The notes under the pieces are model-generated. The model was not told where the DNA came from, searched no databases, and saw nothing but the letters and a program-made list of their open reading frames with translations. Both the position numbers and the translations under genes were made by a program. Below, piece by piece: positions 34,745-43,966 of a stretch of 64,000 nucleotides of DNA (position 1 is the first letter of the stretch; the number at the start of each line of letters is the position of its first letter). Source of the stretch: Pseudovirgaria hyperparasitica (taxonomy: Eukaryota). The stretch is taken from the NCBI GenBank assembly GCA_010093815.1, contig ML996573.1; one strand, written 5' to 3'.

Positions 34745-35290
34745 CTCGCTTTCTTTTGTTATCTGGTACTTGTCAGGGCGGTCCTCTCGTCCGCCGCCAC
34801 TGGTGTATCGCGTTCCGCGGTTCCCACGAAAGTAGTTGTCGTTTCCGACTTCTTTTTCTTTCCGAGGATAGCGGTTCGACTAATACTGTCCTTATAACGT
34901 TCTGCTAGAAGGGGAGTCGAACTTACTCTGCTTATAGAGTTCTCGCTAGGTCTGTGACTTCTGTTCGAGCTGTTCATAAAAGGTATCTAGATCTGTGTTC
35001 GATCTAGGCTCCTCTATACTTACTCTAAATCTCGGGTTAAGCTTATTCTAAGCTTGAGCCATTATAAGTGCTTCAGACTTTAAATTTGCTTGTTTATAAG
35101 CTCTAAGTACCTTCATGACATAGTCGGTAGTGCTTTGGCCTCTATATAGGTTCTCCGGGCCATAAGTTATGCCTTAGAGTCTTTTTAGGGCGGCGCTTGG
35201 GGGTGTGGAGAATCTCTTTTCAAGTTTCTCAATCCAGCGCTCAAGCCCATCTCCGCTGGTCAGACTTGACTTCGTGGCGTCGCTCAAGCA
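34745..35290 (-). mobile_element. RIP-inactivated fragment of a Ty3/Gypsy-like retrotransposon gag (capsid C-terminal region)
   Basis: Hand translation: LSDATKSSLTSGDGLERWIEKLEKRFSTPPSAALKRL*GITY..DYVMKVLRAYKQANL..AQA*NKLNPRFRVSIEEPRSNTDLDTFYEQLEQKSQT*REL. This matches the recalled fungal gag pattern (W..L..RF..PS.AL..L; W..LD..LR..I.EP...T...F..QL..K..W), with TAG/TAA at expected W/Q codons. Confidence 0.75.
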
Positions 35291-35489
35291 CACAGCAGGC
35301 AGTTTCTACATTGAAAATTTGGCGCGGAAAGGGGTGTGCTGGTTATTTTTTCGTAATATGTGTATATATGTGCGATTACTACCAAGATTATACCTGTAAT
35401 AGACTTAGACTTAAGTGATGACCGCGAAGAGGGGATCTAAGGGATGGGCAGTGAAACCAAAAGTACGTACCAAGACTTACGACTTTGTC

Positions 35490-36200
35490 TTATATAATCC
35501 ACTCGAAAATGTACATGATATAGAGCCATATACCACCCATCCAAGAAGTCAGAATCAATAGACTAGCTACTACATAGATTCTGCATAGCAAGCTTAACAG
35601 GGATAAACTAAGATATTACACACATGTTCATGTATCTAGAGTAGAAGGCATAACACGAAACTTCTCTCTATACTACTAGACACTCTAATTTACATATACC
35701 TAAGTAGTTAGAATCGATAGATTAGCTACTAGATAGATTATATATACTATAATTTAGAGGCCTAAACTAGAATATTATCTAGGAAGCTATTAATTTTAAG
35801 TTAGTTATATAGAGTAGAACTTCTTCCTATACTACTAGTTATTCTAATTTCTATTTATCTAAGTAGTTCGAATTAATGAGTTAGCTACTAGATAAATAAT
35901 ATATAGTATACTTTATAGCCCTAAACTAGAATATAACCTAGAAAGCTATTAATTTTAAGTTAGTTATATAAAGCGAAACTTCTTTCTCTACTTCTAGATA
36001 TATTAATTTCTATATATCTAAGTAGTAATAACTAATAGACTAGCTACTAAGTAGATTATATACTAAATATTTACTAAGTCTAAACCAAGATACTATCTAG
36101 CTATTCATATATTTTACATGAAAGTAAGAAGGGAAAACGAAATTATATTCCGTGCTATTAGGTATTCTAATTTCTATATATCTAAATTATAAGAATCTAC
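35490..36200. repeat. AT-rich RIP-mutated tandem array, 159-bp unit, about 4.5 copies
   Basis: Anchor (C/T)TAGCTACTA at 35563, 35722, 35881 and 36040 (exact 159-bp spacing); strong TpA excess and CpA/TpG scarcity, which extends to about 36500. Confidence 0.9.
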
Positions 36201-36978
36201 TTTCTTCGCCTTTCGTAGTATAGATATAAGTATAGTAGATTATAGAAACCGGCAAAGGGCTTAATAGATAACACATCTCTAAATACATAACCTCTAATAT
36301 CTCTAATAACTTCATCTCTTAAGACTAGTCTTAATCTATACATATAAAAGAAATCCTAAAAAGCTACTCTATATAGCAATTAATATCCATGCCTAACCCG
36401 TAAAAACATAAATATATCCATCTAGATATAAGAATAATACTACTATCATATCCTTAAAATCCTAGTATATCAATATTATAACTACTTAGTATATCTCTAT
36501 ACTACATGAAAGCAGGAGGAAAAGAGGGATTGATAGGGATGTAGTGGTATTACTAGCCAAAATGAACTGCGAAAAGTGTAGATGGGTAGTTTTAAAAAGC
36601 GTGGGTCTATGTAAGAGAATCCGTGTATGTGTACGAGTAGAACGTGGCTTTATAGTATATCGATCTGTAGGAGCCCGTATAACTTTCAGATGGCATCGGA
36701 AAAGGCGTGTTTAGCAGGTTATGTCGGTATATACACTCACTCGTGGAGAGTAGAACATTAGCATCACGACGCTCAGAATACTCTAGAACCTCTAATGGAT
36801 ATAATATAATCCATACCTCAAACCTACGAAAACAAGACATATTCACGCCTGTCAAGCCGATCAATAGCATACTCAACCTCAAAATCACACGAGAAGCGCT
36901 GTTGAATATCACAAATCACGACGTTCAATACGGGCAGCAGCTTTGATATCTTCCATTGGCTATACTCTCCCACACGCC

Positions 36979-38817
36979 CTACTTCTTGACCAGCCTCTTG
37001 TGGATGTAGAGGCGAACCAGCTCGCCGGCTGCCCGCGCATCCTCAAGGCTGTCGTGCCCCTCCGCCCCACCCATCTGGATGTCCTTTTCCAAATGTAACC
37101 GCGCGAGGCCCTTCAGGCTGTTCCTGAAGGGGAGACCCCGGCTGTGCGGAAACACGAAAGCCGTGTCCACGATGGTGGGGTGGCAGAGGCGCAGGGCGTG
37201 CAGGTCGTTCTCCAGGCCGTGGCCTATGAGGGGGGTGGTGGTGGTGATGAGCCCGAGGAAGAGAGCTCTCGCCTCTGTGAGGCTTTCTACGATGACGAGG
37301 TTCGCAGAATCCGTTAGATCCTGCGGTGCCGACGGGGTGTATGAGGGGGCCGAGGAGAACTGGTCTCCTGTCACGCCAGAGAAGCGCGTGTTGAGGTCGA
37401 GTACGGCGCCGCGCGGCCGCACGAGTACGTCCAGGATACACTCGCCCAGCGGCCACGATGTGGCAGTCAGACGGATGAGTTCAAGCCCGTAGGCGGTGTA
37501 TCCCATCTCGCAGTCGAAGCAGACCGCGCGGCCACCGGGTGCGTTGGGGTTTGGTGGCGTCTGGATGAATGGTTCAATCAATGCAAGGCGCTTTGCCTCG
37601 CTGATTTTGAATACGTGGGTTGCTGCAGACGTGCAACCTTCCGAGCCGATTACGTCTTGACAGCAAGACCACCTCATCTCATTCGATGGCATTAGTGATG
37701 AGAATTTCGTGACGGGCTGGGATACCTTCTTGCCATGGTGATATACGCACTTGCCGCCTGTTGTGAGTGATCCGTCTTCGCGACGGTCCGGGAATGCTTG
37801 GAATCGACAGCCGCACCGGTTGCAGATTTCCCAACAATTAGCAGCCTCAACACCCCTTCGGGCTTTCCCAATATCTTCTTCTGTAGGTACAGATACAGTA
37901 TATCCATACTTGGAGCATTGTTCTGGCGACGCGATACAGCGACTGAACTTATCAGTAAGGAGTTTCACCTCTTCTGCAGGAGTCATCTCAATATCCGCCA
38001 TCGTGATGGGAGGTGAGCCCACGTCTCCAGCACTGGCATTGTCATCCAAGCTCTTTCGCTGCGTGACCCAGTCCCCCAGCTGCATCTTCCTCAGAGCTGT
38101 GATCCGGAGTTTGATGACATTCTTATAGACAGACTTTTGGCTGCCACTCGCAAATCCATATTCTTCATCTAGGGCCCATTTGATAAGTGTCTGATCCGAA
38201 ACTTGGAGCGCCTTGATCTCGGGATCGCTGTTATTCTTCAAACCGTCATTCAGTGTCTTGTACGAAGCATATAGAGCTTTGAGCAGCTTAAGTCGTAATC
38301 CGTGACCTTCGGGAGCATGTCCCATCGATATGGGATTCAGTTTCAATTCGTGTCTACGCCTTGCTTGAAGGGCGACGAACTCCTTCACTTCTTCAGACAT
38401 AGGCGGATACTCATCTCGAGGATCAACTTGAGCAGATGGCGCACCACGTGATGGGGGTGAGACTGGCTTAGTCTCTGTCATGAGTGTATGTTTCGAAGAT
38501 GATCCTACGCTTGGAAGCGGGCCACTGGCAAGCACGAGAGGCTTTACACTTCGCTGGTCCATACTATCACCCTCCAGCTTTCTGCGTTTGCGAGAGTCTG
38601 TCTGATCTGGAGAAGTCTGGTGTTTAGTTGTAGCTGCAGCATCAGGCTGCTGTCGATCAACGAAAGAGGGTGTTGTTGCTGAGCTCACTTGCGGAGCTGC
38701 TTGTTGATCGTGATGTGTACTGTGAGAAAAGAGACAATTGGGCAGATTGCAGTGTGCAAGTCCCTCTGGACAGATGCACGGAACCTCATTGTAGAAACCT
38801 TTGGTGCTGGGAAACAT
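36979..38817 (-). CDS. REX3: RNA exonuclease 3 (DEDDh family, Rex3-like)
   Basis: AVCFDCEMGYT, DLNTRFSGV, LIGHGLENDL, IVDT, GHDSLEDA; N-terminal C-x5-C-x4-C-x3-H and Elf-1-like CNRC..CVYH..CC..GC. Confidence 0.9.
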   Translation of the reverse strand: MFPSTKGFYNEVPCICPEGLAHCNLPNCLFSHSTHHDQQAAPQVSSATTPSFVDRQQPDAAATTKHQTSPDQTDSRKRRKLEGDSMDQRSVKPLVLASGPLPSVGSSSKHTLMTETKPVSPPSRGAPSAQVDPRDEYPPMSEEVKEFVALQARRRHELKLNPISMGHAPEGHGLRLKLLKALYASYKTLNDGLKNNSDPEIKALQVSDQTLIKWALDEEYGFASGSQKSVYKNVIKLRITALRKMQLGDWVTQRKSLDDNASAGDVGSPPITMADIEMTPAEEVKLLTDKFSRCIASPEQCSKYGYTVSVPTEEDIGKARRGVEAANCWEICNRCGCRFQAFPDRREDGSLTTGGKCVYHHGKKVSQPVTKFSSLMPSNEMRWSCCQDVIGSEGCTSAATHVFKISEAKRLALIEPFIQTPPNPNAPGGRAVCFDCEMGYTAYGLELIRLTATSWPLGECILDVLVRPRGAVLDLNTRFSGVTGDQFSSAPSYTPSAPQDLTDSANLVIVESLTEARALFLGLITTTTPLIGHGLENDLHALRLCHPTIVDTAFVFPHSRGLPFRNSLKGLARLHLEKDIQMGGAEGHDSLEDARAAGELVRLYIHKRLVKK

Positions 38818-39841
38818 GGTCTTGAACGTGATTGAATGTGTATGCTACGGAGATCTTTCAATTAGCATTGTTGTAGGGACTAATATGGATAGAAACGCAG
38901 GAGCTTATAGGGCATAGTGGATCAACCACATTGATGGTGCAGGCTGCGCCAGGTGACCGTGAGGTCTCGACTCTTACCGTGAGAATTAGAATTCGTATAT
39001 AAGAAGCAGGCTGTGCTTTGTCTTCCAAAGAAGAGGCGGTACAGTCCTGTGTGTTGCTATCGTATCGTCTTGTAGATCTCAGTGAAGTTGTTAAGGTTCG
39101 CAGAGAGTTTGCAATTGAACTTGACCAGCGGTTTCGTTCGCGTGTAGAAATCTGAGCTCACTGGCTGACAGCGACGAAAGTTTGATCTGTAGCTGAATGA
39201 TCACAGCGAAGAGAGCAATATCCAACCAGGTAGATGCTGGACGACCAGGATGAAGGTATATGGAAGCTTGTTACAGATTCAAGATCTGCATGTGAAGTGC
39301 CAATTGGCAGTCTGTCATGGAACAGGATTTGATCTTCGTACTTGTAACGATCCGGCAATTGTAAGGACGATAATGACAACGAGACGGCAGTCAGACTTCT
39401 CGAGTATTATCGTTGGCTTGAACAAAAGAGCCAAAAGAGGAAATGTTTTGTGATGATGGTGGAGTCTGCGGGCTTGGAGACGGGAACAGATTAAAGTGTG
39501 TGGCCCGGTGCTATTTTTGCGGTAAAAGAGTGGGAACCCAAGTAGAGCCACCACGCCATCAGCTCTCAGCCTTACCGAGTGCAGGATAAGCCCCCAATTT
39601 CATAATTGGCGGACGGACAACTTAATGGCCCCGACATTCCGGCTCTCTTAGAACTGGCACGGAGTCAACGTCACCATCTTTGGCCTGCTCGGCCGTCTCG
39701 GACCAGTTCTGGACTGGCAGTCATCATCTCTGCTCTACTATATATATACACTCTCACGAATCCCTTCCTTATGCGACTTCGCCTCTATACACTTCGTCTC
39801 CGGTCTCATACACGCACGATCACCATAACATAACCTCCACC

Positions 39842-41334
39842 ATGTCATCCACGGATGCTCCCGTCGGTCCGCCTGGCCATCTTTGTGTCCTGGTTCACGG
39901 GTTAGTCTATCCCCAGCTGCTTATCCCTTGCGCCCAGGAACATGCTCGCCCATCGAGAGCCTGTATAAGATCTATATCCTCAGGGCTCGCATGACTGACT
40001 TCTCCTCCAGGCTGTGGGGCAATCCAGGGCATCTCAACCAGCTAGTCTCCGCAATCAAAGACCAGTTCGCAGAAGAGCAGCTCCATGTCCTCGTCCCGAA
40101 GACCAATGCCGGAAATTCCACATACGACGGCATAGAATTAGGGGGCGAGCGCGTCACGCAAGAGACCGAGGCCGAGCTGGACAGACTGGCGAAGGAGGGA
40201 CACAACATCACAAAGATCAGCATGATAGGATACTCGCTAGGAGGCCTAATAGCACGATACGCAGTCGGCCTGCTATACAGCAAAGGATGGTTCGAAAGAC
40301 TGGAGCCAGTGGTGAGTAAACCCGCCAGTACATACAAGAAGCGTCTATACTAAAACCTCAACCAGAACTTCACCACCTTCGCAACCCCCCATCTCGGCTC
40401 CCGCACACCTCGCATCGGCGTCTCCAGCAAGATATGGAACATGCTAGGCTCACGCACCCTCTCCGTCTCCGGCCGCCAACTCTTCCTGATCGACCGCTTC
40501 CGCGACACCGGCCGCCCGCTCCTCAGCATCCTCGCCGCCCCCTCCAGCATCTTCATCCGCGGCCTCAAACGCTTCAAGAACCGCTCCCTCTACGCCAACA
40601 TCATCAACGACCGCTCCGTCGTCTACCACACCGCCATGATCACCAGCACAGACCCCTACGTCGACCTCGACCCCTACACCCCAAACTACCTCCCCGGCCT
40701 CGCCCCCATCCTCCTCGACCCGTCCAACCCGCTCACCCTGAAGCAAGACCGCACCCCTCCCACCTTCTACGCCCGCAGCCAGACCTTCGCCGCCCGCCTG
40801 CCAATGTACATCTTCTTCACCCTCTTCCTGCCCGTCGGCGCGTCCATCTTCCTCGTCAACGCCGCCGTGCAATCCGTCCAGTCGCAGCGCCGCATCCGCG
40901 CCCACGATTCCGGCTCCTCGTTCGACTTCTCCCCTTACCGCATCCCGCTCCTGGCCTCGGCCAATCATGCCGCCGAGCGCGTCTTCGAGCGTGCTAACAG
41001 CGTCCACGGCGAGGATTTCCTGCCGTCGTCTGTGTCCAGTGCCAATGCCGCCGCGGCGCGCGAGAAAGCGTATCTGGATGCGGAGGCAGCGAGTGGTGAT
41101 GACGATGAGGCCTCGGAAGGGGGTGCAAAGAAGCCGCAGTTCCCCACGCTGGCGCTGCATCCGGAGCAGTTTAGGATGATTGATAATTTGGATCAGGTTG
41201 GCTGGAGGAAGTTTCCTGTTCACATACACAAGGCGACGCACTCGCACGCTGCGATAATTGTGAGGATGAAGCAGAGCCGGTTCGACGATGGGAAGGTCGT
41301 CATTAAGCATTGGCTGGATAATTTTGAGTTATAG
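39842..41334 (+). CDS. DUF676 putative serine esterase/lipase (Rog1/Lpl1-like); introns 39901-40010 and 40312-40365
   Basis: HLCVLVHG|LWGNP, TYDGI..GGER, nucleophile motif GYSLGG, NFTTFATPHLG, LYANIINDRSV, HSHAAIIVR. Confidence 0.92.
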
Positions 41335-41696
41335 GTGCGAAAGGGGAGGAAGTATGGTTCAGTGATGTTGTCCGGCAAGGGGCGGCATGGGGTTTGTGGC
41401 AGCATTCTTTAGACTTTGGCTTGTGGGAGTATGTTCGAGCATTGAACGGTTGCACGCATAGTATTGGCGTTCTTTTTTTTTTTGGCGAATATGAGCATTC
41501 TGGCCGTATCACTTGAGATCATATGGGCATAGAGGAGCGGAAAGCGAAATGCTGATAGATAGAGCAAAGCGGGCGTAGAATTTCCTAGAGCCGTATAATA
41601 TTTTTCAATAATCAAAAAGAGTTTTACATTTTTCATATTGAGACAGATATGCTTGCAGCCCGTCATCCCCTCTGCGTAGGAATCTATCGTATCTAT

Positions 41697-43532
41697 CTAA
41701 ACATCAAAAACACCACCCATACCGGCCCTCACATGCACCAAATCCACCCTCCATCCCTTCCAATCAACCAGTCCCCGCTTAATCTCCCTCACCCGCTCCA
41801 ATCGCCGCATATTCTCCTCTTCCTGCGCCCGCTTGAACTCCTCCTCGTCAAACGCAAACTCATCCCCGTCCTCACTGACATGCCCAAGGCTCTGCTTGCG
41901 CACACTGCTTCCCCTCCTCCTCCCCCCTCCAACCCCTGTGCTCGAAAACGCCTTAATACCACTATTAATTACATCCGTCAGGCTCGACGACCCCCGCGTC
42001 ACCCCCGGTCGCGCCGCCCGAGGACTCGCCCGCCCGGTCAAATCGACATCGTCAAACGAGGTATCCGCGTCGTTGTCGTCGTCGAGCCCCGGCTGCAGCT
42101 CGCGCCGCCGGTCACGCCATACGCCGCGCCGCAGCTCTGCATTTTCCTCCTCTAATTCGCGCACCTTGCGCCGCAGCGTCTCGCGCGCTTCGTCGACGAG
42201 CTCGTCCACGCTGGTGCCGTCGTCGTCCGTGACACCGTGACTGGCCGTGCTGCGCAGCTTGCTGTTCTCCCCGGCGAGAAACGAGACGCGGCTGCGCAGC
42301 TCCTTTGCTTCGCGCTCGGTCTTTGAGAAGTCGCGCTGGCGGGCGGCGTGGGCAGTTGAAGCGTCGCGGTGGAGCGTGGTCAGGGTGGAGACTTTTTGGT
42401 CGAGGGTGCTGGCGCGTTTGGATGCGGCGTCGGCGGTTCGTTGTGATGCCGCGAGTGAGGCTTCGAGCTGGGCGATTTGTTTGGTCAGAGCGGATTTGTC
42501 TGTGTCGCTGGACTCGGCGCGCGTGGATGCAGATTCGAGGTTTGTGCGTAGGTCGGCAAGCTCTTTGGCGGTGGAGGAGTGGGCTTCACGCTCTGTACTG
42601 AGGGCATCCTCCAGTGTGGTGAGCTGCGAGCTTAGATCGGTGTTCTTGGATTCGAGCGTGGAGAGTTGCGTGTGGAGATTGAAAAGCTCGAGCTCAAGAG
42701 AATCTATGGTGTTGGCTTTGGAGGCCAGTTGTGAGGTGAGATCGTCTGCATTCGCAGGGGACGATGTGGAAATACGGCGAGAACGAGAGGCCTGCGATTG
42801 GAGTTGAGGGATTTGCCGTTGGAGTGCGGTGATCTCCGTCTTCTGTTCGTAGAACGTGTATCAGTACTATTTTGAGAATGAGAGTGAGAATGAGCGTACC
42901 AGGTTCTCTATCTCGTTGTCCCGTTCGTCTGCCTTTCCAGCCTTACTTTTCAGCTCTTCTACCTCACCCCTCGCCTCCCGCAGCTCCTCCAATTCGTCTT
43001 CCGTCTTTCTCCACTTCTTCTCGTGTGCCTCGCTTTCACTTTGAAGTTTTTTGTTCTCCTTCTCCAATTGTTCGATGCGTTGAGCCTGCTTGCGATGTAT
43101 GTCCTGTGCTGTCTCGCCAGCTGGACTCTTCATCCCGGTATCACTAGAGACCTTGCGCGTAGTGGATATTGATGCAGTTCGGCCATGGGAAGGTTTAGAT
43201 GTGTCTTTTGACACCTCGTGAGGCGCGCCTTCGGCTTTGGAGGCATCAATGGCTGCAGCTCCAGGACCGTCTGCACCATCATCCTGCTCATCAGCTGCAG
43301 CTTCGTCTTGCTTCTCTGCTGCACTTGAGGCTTCGGCATCGGCGTCTGCCTTTACTTTATCGCCTTTCTTCTTTGCCCCGCCTTTCTTGTTCTTCTGCTT
43401 CTTCAGTTCCTCGAACTAAAATAACAGCCATTAGTTAGCGATCTTTAGCACATGGCGGTTCGTCGCTGCACTTACCCGCTTCTTCGCGGCGGCGAGTTTT
43501 TCCGCCTTCTCCTTGTCCTCTGCTTCCGTCAT
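41697..43532 (-). CDS. BUG1: Bug1-like cis-Golgi coiled-coil tether (GM130 analogue); introns 43416-43475 and 42843-42899
   Basis: Spliced N-terminus MTEAEDKEKAEKLAAAKKR|FEELKKQKNKK, a long coiled coil, and C-terminus WKGWRVDL..GGVFDV, resembling the recalled termini of yeast Bug1. Confidence 0.72.
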
Positions 43533-43632
43533 GTCGCCTTGTATAGATAATGTGGGGGATGTTGACCAAGGAGATGCGACGTGTGTCTGGAGGCCCTAGC
43601 TTCATCTCTATGATATATCCGCGGCTGATCTG

Positions 43633-43644
43633 TGTCACGTGACA
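43633..43644. promoter_or_regulatory. Palindromic E-box TGTCACGTGACA (Cbf1/bHLH-type) about 100 bp upstream of the BUG1 ATG
   Basis: Perfect 12-bp palindrome. Confidence 0.45.
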
Positions 43645-43966
43645 TGTATCTGCACGGGCTGTGAACGCAACATGGGTGATCAAGTCGCACGACGAACATG
43701 TTCTTTAGATGGAGGCGTGTATATAGATGTATATTGTATACCCTCCGAGATTCATTCAAGAGGTATTTAGCTATCTAGCTCTGCCTATGAGATTCTGCAC
43801 ATTCATAGCCATGAACATGCATTATGCAACACAATCCAGTTGCATACGTTCCAATGTGGTCCACCAAAATAAAGCTGAGTGTGAAGGGAAATCATAACCT
43901 ATCCGGCAGCAGATGACAGCGGATGCACAGAAACGCCTTTAAAAATCCAATGAAATGGCAATGTAT

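Noticed and set aside
35490..36200. CRISPR-like array
   Set aside because: Whole units are homologous with no unique spacers, the context is eukaryotic, and there are no cas genes.
40450..41310. 286-aa antisense ORF and the alternative-frame ORF 40434..40997
   Set aside because: Shadows of strong GC3 bias in the DUF676 gene.
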